NCBI GenBank assembly: GCA_046597055.1
Contig: JBKJLC010000202.1
Location: forward strand, 21,121-85,120
Reading direction: 5' to 3'
DNA length: 64,000 nucleotides
Source of the DNA: Kofleriaceae bacterium
GTDB lineage: Bacteria > Myxococcota_A > Polyangia > Haliangiales > Haliangiaceae
Positions 11,201-20,255 of the stretch are shown here, one piece after another. Made by a program: the position numbers and the translations under genes. A model generated the notes under the pieces. That model did no database searches, was not told where the DNA came from, and saw nothing but the letters and a program-made list of their open reading frames with translations. Each line of letters opens with the position of its first letter. The first letter of the stretch is position 1.

Positions 11201-14200
11201 TGCGGCTCGACTGGGCCTTCGAGAAGGGCCAGTACGTCGAGAAAGAAGTCGATGCCCAGGGCTGCGCGCCGACCTCGGCCGCGACCGCGGTGAGGTGCGA
11301 GTTCGCGACCCCCGAGGGCGGTCAGTACAAGATCACCGCGCTGGTCGCCGACAGCCGGGGCCGGGCCAACAAGTCTCAGCTGACCGTGTGGGTGTCGGGC
11401 GGCGACACCCCGCCGGCGCGCGAGGTCGAGCAGGAGACCGTACAGATGATCCCGGACGCCAAGGAGTACCGCGCCGGCCAGACCGCCGAGCTGCTGGTGC
11501 AGGCGCCGTTCTATCCGGCCGAGGGCGTGCTCTCGATCCGGCGCTCGGGGGTGGTCTCGATCGAGCGGTTCACGATGACCGGCCCGACCCACACGGTGAA
11601 GGTGCCGATCACCGACGGCCACACGCCCAACGTCTACGTCCAGGTCGATCTGGTCGGCGCGGCGATGCGCACCGACGACAACGGCAAGCCCGACGCGGCG
11701 CTGCCGAAGCGACCGGCGTATGCGAGCGGCACGCTCAACCTGCCGGTGCCACCGCGGCTGCGCACGCTGAAGGTCGAGGTCGCGCCGCGCGCGGCCAAGG
11801 TCGCGCCCGGTGACAAGGCGTTCTTCGACGTGGTCGTGCGCGACGCCGCCGGCAAGCCGGTGGCCGGCGCCGAGGTCGCGCTGATCGTGGTCGACGAGGC
11901 GGTGCTGTCGCTGACCGGCCACAAGCACGGCAACCCGATCGACGCGTTCTACAACCAGCGCGACGCGGGCGCGACCGATCACCACCTGCGCGGCTTCGTG
12001 AAGCTGGCGCAGCCCGATGCCGGCATGCTCGCCGCCACCGGCACCGCGACCGCCGAGAGCGCGGTCGCGGACGGCATGGCCGGCGGGGCGCCGCCGCCGC
12101 CGCCCTCGCCGGTCGCCGCCGCCCCCGGCGCGCGGGGACGTCAGCCGAGCGACAAGCGGATGATGAAGGACGAGGTCGCCGACGCCGCCCCGCAGCAGGC
12201 CAACCAGGCGATCGCGGTCCGCACCAACTTCAACCCGCTGGCGGTGTGGTCGCCCGAGCTGACGACCGGCGCCGACGGCAAGGCGACGCTCGACGTGAAG
12301 ATCCCCGACAACCTGACCCGCTACCGGGTGATCGCGATCGCGGCCCACGGGCCGCGCAACTTCGGCAAGGGCGAGAGCGCGATCACCGCGCGCATGCCGC
12401 TGATGGTGCGTCCGTCGCCGCCGCGGTTCCTCAACTTCGGCGACACCTTCGAGCTGCCGGTGGTGCTGCAGAACCAGACCGACCAGGCGATGGAGGTCAA
12501 GGTGGCGGTGCGCGGCTCCAACGCGGCGCTCACCGCCGGTCAGGGCCGCTCGATCACGGTCCCGGCCAACGACCGGGTCGAGGTCCGCTTCCCGGCCGCG
12601 GCCGAGATGGCGGGCACCGCCCGGTTCCAGCTCGCCGCCACCGCGGGCAGCTACGGCGACGCGGCCGAGGTCGCGCTACCGGTGTGGACGCCGGCGACCA
12701 CCGAGGCGTTCGCGACCTACGGCCAGATCGACAGCGGCGCGGTGCGCCAGCCGGTCGCCCTGCCCGGCAAGGTCATCACCGAGTTCGGCGGCCTCGAGGT
12801 CGAGACCTCGTCGACCCAGCTGCAGGCGCTCACCGACGCCTTCCTCTACCTGGTCCGCTATCCGTTCGAGTGCTCCGAGCAGATCTCGTCGCGCATCGCC
12901 GGCATCGCGTCCTTGCGCGACGTGCTGACCGCGTTCAAGGCCGGCGGCCTGCCGGCCAAGGCCGAGCTCGAGGCCACGATCGCCGAGGATCTCGAGCGCC
13001 TGTACAGCATGCAGAACGGTGACGGCGGGTTTCCGTTCTGGCAGCGCGGCCACGAGTCGTGGCCGTACCTGACCGTCCACATCACCAACGCGATGGTCCG
13101 GGCCAAGGCCAAGGGCTACCCGGTCGAGGCCGGGCCGCTCGACCAGGCGCTCGCGTACCTGAAGACGATCGAGCAGCGCTATCCCGGCTACTACCCGGTC
13201 GAGATCCGCCGCACGATCACGGCGTACGCGCTGTACACGCGGATGCTGAACGGCGACCGCGACGTGACCCGGGCCCGCGCGCTCATCAAGGAGGCCGGCG
13301 GCGTCGCCAAGCTGTCGATGGAGGCCAACGGCTGGCTGCTCGGCGTGCTCGCGCAACAGGGCGCGGCGGCCGACGAGCGCAAGGCGCTCCTGCGCCACCT
13401 CGACAACAAGGTGAGCGAGACCGCGGCCGCGGCCAACTTCACCAGCGGCTACGGCGACGGCGCCCACCTGCTGCTGCACTCGGATCGCCGGGTCGACGCG
13501 ATCATCCTCGAGTCGCTGATCGCCGAGCAGCGCGGCAGCGATCTCATCCCCAAGCTGGTGGTCGGCCTGCTCGGTCACGCCAAGGCCGGGCGCTGGACCA
13601 ACACCCAGGAGAACGTGTTCGTCCTGTTCGCGCTCGACCTGTACTTCCGCGAGTTCGAGAAGGTGACCCCCGACTTCGTGGCCCGGGTCTGGCTGGGCGA
13701 CGGCTACGCCGGCGAGCACGCCTTCAAGGGTCGCCAGACCGATCGCCACAACCTGGCGATCCCGATGAAGGTCGTGGCCGACCAGGCCGCCGGCAAGCCG
13801 GCCGACCTCGTCATCCAGAAGGACGGCAAGGGCCGGCTCTACTACCGCATCGGCATGACCTACGCGCCGGCCGATCTCAAGCTGGCCGCGGCCGACTACG
13901 GCTTCACCGTGGTGCGGCGCTACGAGGCGGTCGACGATCCCGGCGATGTCGTCCGGCAACCGGACGGTACCTGGAAGATGAAGGCTGGCGCCCGGGTCCG
14001 GGTCCGGCTGTCGATGGTCGCCGAGAACCGCCGCTACCACGTCGCGCTGGTCGATCCGCTGCCGGCCGGGCTCGAGGCGATGAACCCGGCGCTGGCGGTG
14101 ACCGGCCCGATCCCGCAGGACCCGGCCGCGCAGAAGGGCCAGGACCGCTACTGGTACTGGTGGCGGACCTGGTACGAGCACCAGAACCTGCGCGACGAGC

Positions 14201-14367
14201 GGGTCGAGGCGTTCACGTCGCTCCTGTGGGAGGGCGTGCACGAGTACACCTACGTCGCGCGTGCGACCACGCCCGGCAACTTCGTGGTCCCGCCGGCCAA
14301 GGCCGAGGAGATGTACTTCCCCGAGACCTTCGGCCGCTCGGCCAGCGACCGCGTGATCGTGCAGTAG
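8278..14367 (+). CDS. Bacterial alpha-2-macroglobulin family lipoprotein (Ig-like + MG domains)
   Basis: Lipobox ALSC, TDDRQMYRPGEQV (MG2), IQEFRRPEYEV, VRTNFNPLAVW, PDNLTRYRV, thioester motif YPFECSEQ, C-terminal PPAKAEEMYFPETFGRS. Confidence 0.95.
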   Translation: MLKRSNSFRAVALAVVVQLVALSCGGKQPPKQPGTGGVGGGQPLIQTGDAPPGITLRLSDGNQGRPAADRSKLPPATKLTDAEAEAILARLAPIGAKPDDQAGFALRDRSTPPPRTGKTLRDKFPPPNPFAGKPPSTNDAGQDLTILRWAPEGDVPLAPTLQLTFSQPMIAVTSQDDAARTVPVTLTPTPKGRWRWLGTRTLIFDPEVRFPQATTYTVAIAKGTSSATGNVLKDGKTFTFTTPAPRMMSMWPDQGPQQLDTPMFVLFDQRIDPAAVLATIKVVASGKTYSTRLLTAEEVTKHESISGLVASAKANQQDGRWVAFRAVETFPKDTAITVTIGPGTPSAEGPNQTKDPQAYDFDTYPPLKIVRAECGWGECPPGAPFTIELNNALDPDQWDDAHIAITPAVPRLKIVQNGNYISAQGATAGQSTYRVRVSGGIVDSFGQTLGKDAELTFKVGKAYPNFYGPSGMIALDPAAKQPSFDVFSTNYDALKVQLYKVEPKDWAAYGYYLQHQWERRKPALPGTKVFDERIAIKGKADELTETKVALAKALGRGGLGHVIAVVEPTPWTQQYDAPRLVTWIQSTRLALDAAVDAEEMHAWVNRLGDGAPVAGAQLALLPWGTSGKSDDRGLARLALQDRAMKGPNLLVARLGDDVAFLPDNNGWYGDSGQWRKQPRTDGLVWYVTDDRQMYRPGEQVHLKGWMRVHQGREGGDIAGVSGLVSSVKYRVVDPVGNEITTGTARVSTVGGFDLAFTLPKTPNLGYASVYLEAQGRMSGSTHHGFQIQEFRRPEYEVSAQASQGPHLIGGSADVTVQASYFAGGGLQGADVAWNVSASETSYTPPNRDDFTFGVWTPWWGWRRGWWQGDERSVPEKTWQHTAKTDATGAHVLHFDFVSANPPVPMNVSASAAVTDVNRQQWTASSTLLVHPSSVYVGMRTPRAFVEQGQPIALETIAVDLDGKAVIGTTIDVKTVRLDWAFEKGQYVEKEVDAQGCAPTSAATAVRCEFATPEGGQYKITALVADSRGRANKSQLTVWVSGGDTPPAREVEQETVQMIPDAKEYRAGQTAELLVQAPFYPAEGVLSIRRSGVVSIERFTMTGPTHTVKVPITDGHTPNVYVQVDLVGAAMRTDDNGKPDAALPKRPAYASGTLNLPVPPRLRTLKVEVAPRAAKVAPGDKAFFDVVVRDAAGKPVAGAEVALIVVDEAVLSLTGHKHGNPIDAFYNQRDAGATDHHLRGFVKLAQPDAGMLAATGTATAESAVADGMAGGAPPPPPSPVAAAPGARGRQPSDKRMMKDEVADAAPQQANQAIAVRTNFNPLAVWSPELTTGADGKATLDVKIPDNLTRYRVIAIAAHGPRNFGKGESAITARMPLMVRPSPPRFLNFGDTFELPVVLQNQTDQAMEVKVAVRGSNAALTAGQGRSITVPANDRVEVRFPAAAEMAGTARFQLAATAGSYGDAAEVALPVWTPATTEAFATYGQIDSGAVRQPVALPGKVITEFGGLEVETSSTQLQALTDAFLYLVRYPFECSEQISSRIAGIASLRDVLTAFKAGGLPAKAELEATIAEDLERLYSMQNGDGGFPFWQRGHESWPYLTVHITNAMVRAKAKGYPVEAGPLDQALAYLKTIEQRYPGYYPVEIRRTITAYALYTRMLNGDRDVTRARALIKEAGGVAKLSMEANGWLLGVLAQQGAAADERKALLRHLDNKVSETAAAANFTSGYGDGAHLLLHSDRRVDAIILESLIAEQRGSDLIPKLVVGLLGHAKAGRWTNTQENVFVLFALDLYFREFEKVTPDFVARVWLGDGYAGEHAFKGRQTDRHNLAIPMKVVADQAAGKPADLVIQKDGKGRLYYRIGMTYAPADLKLAAADYGFTVVRRYEAVDDPGDVVRQPDGTWKMKAGARVRVRLSMVAENRRYHVALVDPLPAGLEAMNPALAVTGPIPQDPAAQKGQDRYWYWWRTWYEHQNLRDERVEAFTSLLWEGVHEYTYVARATTPGNFVVPPAKAEEMYFPETFGRSASDRVIVQ

Positions 14368-14379
14368 CCGGGGCGTCGG

Positions 14380-15134
14380 TCAAAGCCGGCGGTGACGCCG
14401 GCGGTCACGGTGACCACGTCGGCGAAGCTGTCGCTGTCGAGCGCGGTCATCAGCGCCACCTGGGGGACCACGCGGCCGGCCGCGCGGTACTCGGCCGAGA
14501 TCGTGCCGGCGTGATAGAAGCGGTCCTCGTCCTCGTCGAGCGTGCCCGTGGAGAAGATCGTGGTGACCTCGGCCGAGGCGGCGAAGCGCGGCTCGGCGTA
14601 GCCGACGCCGACGCTGACGTGCCCCATCGGATCGATCGGGCCCGCGCCCATCACGCTCTCGTTGTCGAGGCCGATGTCGAATCCGACGTCGCCACGCACG
14701 AACAGGTTGCCCTGCTGGTAGGTCGGCGTCACGCCGAGCCGCAGCCACATGGTGTCGGGGATCGCCAGCACCTGGTCGCGGATGCGGGAGCCGGTCGACA
14801 GCAGGTTCACGATCATGCCGGCGTCGTCGTCGGACGTCGGCAGGGTGAGGCCGGCGTGGGCAGCGAGGGTCAGCTGCGGGGACAAGATGTGCTGGTACAT
14901 GCCGCCGAGCTCGACGTTCGACAGCGCGGTCTGCTCGTTCGCGGCCGGCGCGAACGGGTTGCCGTTGTCCTCGTCGAGGAAGCTCTTGCTGACCGCCACG
15001 TTGCCGTCGACGCCGAAGCCGCGCGGATCGAGGTACGCGCCGTCGAGATCGAGCCGCGACACCATGCCGGCGTCGTCGAAGAAGCCGCACGCGCAGCACC
15101 AGGTCTGCCGGTCTGTGCCGGCAACCTTGTTCAC
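14380..15134 (-). pseudogene. Outer-membrane beta-barrel-like protein, apparently frameshifted at its stop codon and lacking a signal peptide
   Basis: Alternating beta-strand pattern (LSNVELGGMY, LTLAAHAGLTLPT, VSVGVGY) ending VTAGVTAGF. TGA at 14380-14382 is one base out of frame. Confidence 0.6.
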
Positions 15135-15257
15135 GACCTGTGAACGTTCAGCGTGAAAGAACGCCGCGGACCCGGCCGACGGTGTGCGCCAGGTCGCGTC
15201 GAACCGCGCCCGGCCATCCGACGAGACGGTTGCGCGCCGCGCGCGCATCATGGGTAC

Positions 15258-15806
15258 GTGGACATCCTGCTGTTCGGCGCGCCCCGGCTCGAGCGATGGG
15301 ACCGCCGCGCCTTCCATCCGATGCACGCGGACCCGCGCGATCGCCACGACGCGTACGAGCGCGACCTCGCGCCGGAGCCGCCGGGCGAGCCGGGACCGCG
15401 GTTCCGGCGGGTCGCCGCCGCGATCCGCCGCTATCAGATCTTCCCGCCCGGCCTGGTCGAGGGCGTGCTGCGCCGGCCGGTCGAGGTCGACGACACCGTC
15501 GGCATCCACTACCGCGGCCTGCGCCTGGTACGGCTGTTCTTCGCGGCGCGCGTGATCGCGACGTTCGACGAGGCCGAGGCGGGCTGGTGGCGGGCCGGCT
15601 TCCGCTACCGCACGCTGGTCGGCCATCCCGAGCTCGGCGAGGAGACCTTCGTGATCGAGAAAGAGCTGGCGACCGGCCGGATGCGGGTCGCGCTGCGGAG
15701 CTGGAGCCGCCCCGGCACCCGGATCGCACGAATGTTCGCCCCGGTGGTCCGCCGGCTCCAGGTCCATGCCAGCGAGCGCGCGGTCGACCACCTCGCGCGC
15801 GGCTGA
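15258..15806 (+). CDS. DUF1990 family protein
   Basis: RAGFRYRTLVGHPELGEETFVIE and RSWSRPG motifs. GTG start inferred. Confidence 0.8.
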   Translation: MDILLFGAPRLERWDRRAFHPMHADPRDRHDAYERDLAPEPPGEPGPRFRRVAAAIRRYQIFPPGLVEGVLRRPVEVDDTVGIHYRGLRLVRLFFAARVIATFDEAEAGWWRAGFRYRTLVGHPELGEETFVIEKELATGRMRVALRSWSRPGTRIARMFAPVVRRLQVHASERAVDHLARG

Positions 15807-15848
15807 TCTAACGCCGTTCACGCCGCCGAGGCGCGATACCCTGGGGCC

Positions 15849-16556
15849 ATGCGCTTGCTCCTGCCTGTCTGTCTCGCGCCGTGCGCCTCGCTCCTGCTGC
15901 TCGCCTGCGGCAACGTGACCCCGGAAGAGGACGTCCTCGCCTGCGACGACGTCGCCGGCGTGCTGGCCTGCAACACCTTCGAGGCGGAGGACCCGCTGTG
16001 GACCACGCTGGTCGATCGTGGCGTCGCCGTGCTCGACGAGAGCGATCCCGGCGACGGCGCGAAGGCGCTGCGCGCGACCGTCGCGATCGGCGGCGGCAAG
16101 GCGGTGCGGACCCGCGCGCTCGAGACGGTCGACCGGTACTACGCGCGGTTCCTGGCCAACCTGCCGACCACCGCCGACGCCACCGGCCTGTCGCTCATGC
16201 ACCTCGGCGAGCCGGTCGCGCCCTACCTCGGCATCAGCATCGAGGTCTCCGCCGGCATGCTCGGCGTCGGCGTGCAGCCCGCCGACGTCTACGCCTACCC
16301 GACGCCGATGCCGCGCGACCGCTGGGTCTGCCTCGAGCTCGAGCTGGTGGTGTCCGAGACCGGCGGCCGCGTGATCCTGCGCGCCGACGGCGCGACCGTC
16401 CTCGATCGCAGCGGCATCGACACCCGCCCCGCCGCCGGCATCGGCGATCTCGAGGTCGGCCTGACCTACGTCGCCCCCGAGGCCACCGCCGGCACCACCG
16501 TGCAGATCGACGAGGTCGTCGTCGCCCGCGAGCCGCTGCCGGCCTGCCCGCAGTAG
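15849..16556 (+). CDS. Hypothetical lipoprotein, possible ConA/polysaccharide-lyase-like beta-sandwich
   Basis: Lipobox LLAC, LACNTFE, PRDRWVCLELEL, VQIDEVVV. Confidence 0.65.
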   Translation: MRLLLPVCLAPCASLLLLACGNVTPEEDVLACDDVAGVLACNTFEAEDPLWTTLVDRGVAVLDESDPGDGAKALRATVAIGGGKAVRTRALETVDRYYARFLANLPTTADATGLSLMHLGEPVAPYLGISIEVSAGMLGVGVQPADVYAYPTPMPRDRWVCLELELVVSETGGRVILRADGATVLDRSGIDTRPAAGIGDLEVGLTYVAPEATAGTTVQIDEVVVAREPLPACPQ

Positions 16557-16631
16557 CCGCGAGCCTGGGTCAGCGCGCCCTGCCCGTGCGGGTGCGGATC
16601 AGACCGCCGCTTCCCCCCGTCGGCGCTCGCA

Positions 16632-17207
16632 TCACGGTCCTGGAGAGTACGGCAAGGATGAGTGGTGCAAGACGATGCGGAGCGTGCCGTCGGACGCGAG
16701 CCGGTATCCAAAGGTCTTGTCGACGACAACCTCCTTTCCGCTCTTGTCCCCCAAGGTGACGTTGCCCATCGCGAGGGCGAGTTTGCCGTCGACCACGGTG
16801 CCCTTGACGACAGCTTGACAGCTGGTCCAGGGCTTCAGCGCGAAGCCGGTGTCGTCGGGGTAGCTCGAATCTCCCCCGACGAAGTAGGCGAGCGCACCCT
16901 CCTTGCTCATGCGGAAGGTCTGAGCGCCGAAGGTCAGCGTGGGCTTGAAGAGCACGCTGCCGTGGTCGAAGTCGTAGGCTGTCGACAGCACGGTTGCTGC
17001 GAACGCCCTCGCGTCGCCGCCGGCTGCGCCGAGCCGGCTGATCTCGAGCAGCGCACCGCACCAGGCGCGTTGCGCGTCGTCGATCTGGGCGACGCTGATC
17101 GGCGCCGTCGGTGGCGAGACAGGCGTGGTAGGTGGCGGGGCGCGCCCACACGCTTGGAGGAAAACAAGGATACAGACGGTCGGAGCGACGCGAATCAATC
17201 GACGCAT
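16632..17207 (-). CDS. NTF2/SnoaL-like lipoprotein (family often mislabelled phosphoribosyl-AMP cyclohydrolase)
   Basis: Lipobox LQAC, VLFKPTL, GALAYFVGG, DTGFALKPW, AMGNV, VDKTFGY, LRIVLHHSSLPY. Confidence 0.75.
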   Translation of the reverse strand: MRRLIRVAPTVCILVFLQACGRAPPPTTPVSPPTAPISVAQIDDAQRAWCGALLEISRLGAAGGDARAFAATVLSTAYDFDHGSVLFKPTLTFGAQTFRMSKEGALAYFVGGDSSYPDDTGFALKPWTSCQAVVKGTVVDGKLALAMGNVTLGDKSGKEVVVDKTFGYRLASDGTLRIVLHHSSLPYSPGP

Positions 17208-17259
17208 GTTGACAACTCTCGTGGTGAGGGATGAGTGGGGCACGGGTATGAGGGGCCTC

Positions 17260-17604
17260 TCAGTCAAAGACTTCCCCGAGGAGACCGGTGACGACAAAGA
17301 GGGCGCCCAGCACGAGGCCTACGTGCGCCAGGCCTGGCAGTGCCAGCCACTCGTCGTGCCACGAGGCGGGCAGGACCGCCGTCGTGAGCGCGAAGTACAC
17401 GTCCGACAAGGCCGCCCAGGCCCCGAGCGAGGAAGCGAGCGCCATGCCGGCCAGGCAGAGCAGCAACGCGCCTCCAGCCAGCAGCCCCCACGAGTAGAAG
17501 TGCGGGTGACGCCGCCGGCTCCAGCCTCCCTCATGCGGGTCGGCGCGGCGACGCTGGCCGCGTCGTTCACGACTACGTTGGAACTGGTCGAGGTCGAGAT
17601 CCAT
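17260..17604 (-). CDS. Small membrane protein (about 2 TM), paralog of 62718..63062
   Basis: 114 aa, 97/114 identical to the second copy by manual alignment. Confidence 0.75.
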   Translation of the reverse strand: MDLDLDQFQRSRERRGQRRRADPHEGGWSRRRHPHFYSWGLLAGGALLLCLAGMALASSLGAWAALSDVYFALTTAVLPASWHDEWLALPGLAHVGLVLGALFVVTGLLGEVFD

Positions 17605-17638
17605 GACAACAGGCTAGACACTTGCGGCCGCACGTCAC

Positions 17639-17675
17639 TGTCGAAGTTCCGACGTCGCGCTTCGGGAATCCCGCA
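17639..17675. promoter_or_regulatory. Tandem imperfect palindromic operator/enhancer boxes upstream of the small membrane gene
   Basis: TGTCGAAGTTCCGACG and TTCGGGAATCCCGCA, both conserved upstream of the paralog at about 63097-63133. Confidence 0.5.
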
Positions 17676-17717
17676 CCGTGGCCTGGTCGTCGAACCACAG
17701 CAACGTTCATGGCGCGG

Positions 17718-18875
17718 TCAGAACTGGCCGGCCATCGAGAACAGGAACTGCGGACGTTGGTCGTTGCTGTCGAAGGGGAGGGCCCAGTCGAAGCGCAGCG
17801 GGCCGATCGGGCTGCGCCACAGGAGCCCGGCGCCGACCGAGCGCGCCACGGTGGTGCCGGTCGGGCCCCAGGCGGGATCGGCGTTGTAGCGGAGGCCGGC
17901 GTCCGCGAAGCCGACGACCGACAGGCCGATCCGCGGCCACACCGGCAGCTCCAGCTCGACCTGGCCCTGCGCCTCGCCGTCGGCGCCGCCGGCCACCAGA
18001 TGATCGCCGAGCCACACCGGTGCGTCGAGCGTGCCGACCGCGTAGCCGCGCACGTCGGCGTGACCGTCGTGCTGGAGGCGCTCGCTCAGCGGGAGGCTAC
18101 CGCCGTCGCGGCTGCGCTGGTACGCGCCGCGGCCGTGGACGCGCAGGGTGAGCGGGCCCAGCGGGCGGGCGTGGTCGAGGTGGCCACCGACCCGGACGAA
18201 GGCGTGCTCGGAGCCGAGCGGGCGGGTGGCGGTCTCGCCGTACAGCTCGAGGCGGGTGCCCCGCCGCGGCGCGGCGTGATCGTCGAGCGTGTCGTGGCGG
18301 ATGCCGGCGGTCAGCGAGGCGATCACGCCGTCACCGAGGACACTGCCGGGCGCCGGGCCGGCCCGCATGGCGCGCTCGGGCCGGCCGAGATCGACGCGGA
18401 CGTCCTCGATCTGGTAGCGCAGGTATGTCTCGGTGTGCGGGCCGAGGTGCTGGACCAGGGTGGCGGCGCCGCCGGCCCCTGCGCGGGTGAGGCCGTGGTG
18501 GGCGAGGCTCGTGTTGAACAGCTCGGTGCGCAGCTCGAGGCCGGTGCCGAGGAGGTCGGGGTGGGCGTGCTCGAGCCGGAACGCTTGCCGGCGCGCCGAC
18601 AGCTCGCCCGACAGCGATAGTCGATCGGCGGTGCCGAACAGCCGATCCTGGGACAGCGCGGCGCGCGCGATGAAGCCCTCGTCGGGGTCGTGGCCGGCGC
18701 CCACCACGAAGCGTCCGGTTTTCGGACGGCCGTCCGCGACCGAGATCGGTGCGGGCGCGGCGGCGGGAGGGAGGACGGGCGCATCGGGCGTGGGCTGGTC
18801 CGCGCGCGCGTGCGCCGACCAGCCGACCACGAGCGAGGACGCGGTGATGACCGCGAGCAGGCGTGGCAGCGACAT
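17718..18875 (-). CDS. Omp85/BamA-type outer-membrane beta-barrel without POTRA domains
   Basis: Signal peptide and Pro-rich linker lead directly into TGRFVVGAG...QDRLFGT (BamA beta-1/2). Also PRRGT, loop-6 VRGY, FADAG, WRSPIGPLRFDWALP and terminal FSMAGQF. Confidence 0.88.
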   Translation of the reverse strand: MSLPRLLAVITASSLVVGWSAHARADQPTPDAPVLPPAAAPAPISVADGRPKTGRFVVGAGHDPDEGFIARAALSQDRLFGTADRLSLSGELSARRQAFRLEHAHPDLLGTGLELRTELFNTSLAHHGLTRAGAGGAATLVQHLGPHTETYLRYQIEDVRVDLGRPERAMRAGPAPGSVLGDGVIASLTAGIRHDTLDDHAAPRRGTRLELYGETATRPLGSEHAFVRVGGHLDHARPLGPLTLRVHGRGAYQRSRDGGSLPLSERLQHDGHADVRGYAVGTLDAPVWLGDHLVAGGADGEAQGQVELELPVWPRIGLSVVGFADAGLRYNADPAWGPTGTTVARSVGAGLLWRSPIGPLRFDWALPFDSNDQRPQFLFSMAGQF

Positions 18876-19098
18876 GTTGTGCGCTGTGACCGGCGGCGCG
18901 CGATCGGAGTTGCCCGCACGCGATCGCACCCGCCCGCCGCACGCGGGAGAATCGCCGCTCGCACGGCCGGCGCTCGCCCACCCGTCAATCTTGCGCCGCA
19001 ACCGGCCGCCCGTCGCCACACCCTGCCGGTGTCGGCGTCTTGACTTCGGGCCAAGGTCCAGTGACCGTGCAGTCGAGCTGCTTCCTGAAAGAGGACCG

Positions 19099-20073
19099 AT
19101 GATGACGAGCGGGGATGGCGCGTGGGTGTTGGCGGCGTGGGTGTTCTGCAGCGCGACCGGCAGCGGCTCGGTGGATCCCGGTACCACCGACGGTCCCGCC
19201 GCGACCGACGGGTCCACCGCGACCGACGCGTCGACCGAAGCGTCGACCGATGCGATGCCGGTGTGCGACCCGCTCGCGCGCTTCGACGCGCCGGTGCCGA
19301 TCCCCGCGCTGGCAACCCCCGCGCTGAACGAGGCCGGCCCGCGGCTGTCGGCGGACGAGCTCACGCTCTACTTCTCCGGCACCGCGACCGGCGCCACCAC
19401 GTCGGATCTGTACGTCGCGCGGCGCGAGACCCGGACCGCGCCGTTCGACGAGCCGACCTTGATGATGGCCCACAGCTCGCCGGCCCTGGACGTGGATCCC
19501 GCGGTGAGCAGCGACGGACTGACGCTGTGGTTCGCGTCGGACCGGGTCGCCAATCAGCCCTATCATCTATATGTGGCGACCCGCGGCTCGGTCCTGGCCG
19601 AGTTCGGCCTCCCCGGGCTGGCGGCGAACGTCAACGCCAGCGACCTCAGCCAGTCCGACGCACAGCCGTTCGTGACCGCCGACGGCAGCGAGCTGTGGTT
19701 CGGGTCGAGCCGCACGCCCACCATGGGCGGCTACGACCTGTGGCGGGCGCCCCGGTCGGGCGCCGGCTTCGGCACTCCGGTGAGGGTGGCGGAGCTCGGC
19801 TCGTCGGCCCACGACTGGTTCCCGACCCCGAGCGCCGACCGGCTCACGATCTACATCAGCTCGAACCGGACCGGCCCGGGCACCCGGGGCGGGTTCGACG
19901 TCTGGCGGGCGCGCCGCACCACCGTCAACGACGGGTTCGCGGCGCCGACCCTGGTCGAGGAGCTGAGCACGGCCGGCGATGACCGCGCGACCTGGCTGTC
20001 CGCCGACGGCTGCCGGATGTACGGCGGCGTCAACGGCGACATCTTCGTGGCAACCCGCGCACCCGCGCGGTAG
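19099..20073 (+). CDS. PD40/TolB-like beta-propeller protein
   Basis: Repeated P.(L/V)S.DGL.L(Y/W)F.S.R...DL(Y/W).A.R units. Confidence 0.85.
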   Translation: MMTSGDGAWVLAAWVFCSATGSGSVDPGTTDGPAATDGSTATDASTEASTDAMPVCDPLARFDAPVPIPALATPALNEAGPRLSADELTLYFSGTATGATTSDLYVARRETRTAPFDEPTLMMAHSSPALDVDPAVSSDGLTLWFASDRVANQPYHLYVATRGSVLAEFGLPGLAANVNASDLSQSDAQPFVTADGSELWFGSSRTPTMGGYDLWRAPRSGAGFGTPVRVAELGSSAHDWFPTPSADRLTIYISSNRTGPGTRGGFDVWRARRTTVNDGFAAPTLVEELSTAGDDRATWLSADGCRMYGGVNGDIFVATRAPAR

Positions 20074-20255
20074 GTCCCGCTCCGCGCCGACGCCTCGCGA
20101 GCCAGCGTACCAAGCCGCTCGGGCCTGTGGCGGCGTCCCGCCGCGGATCCTGGCCGCCCAGGCGTCCGCCGGCGGCCGCCGATGTGGCGCCGATCGCAAC
20201 TGACGGAGCCCCATCGCCCTTGCGGACGCCGGGGCAAATGGGTTTCATGCCCGCG

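Noticed and set aside
976..12348. Very long alternative ORFs (e.g. 976..3576 +, 8275..12348 -, the extended 4447..8196 -), and similar ones elsewhere such as 47047..50778
   Set aside because: Arg/Gly/Pro-rich shadow frames expected in high-GC DNA, overlapping well-supported genes.
16632..17207. hisI (phosphoribosyl-AMP cyclohydrolase)
   Set aside because: It lacks the HisI DCD.D and Cys motifs and carries a lipoprotein signal, so it is more consistent with an NTF2-like family.
17614..17650. ECF sigma promoter GGAACTT...GTCTA on the minus strand
   Set aside because: The spacer is 24 nt rather than about 16-17. Kept only as conserved palindromic boxes.
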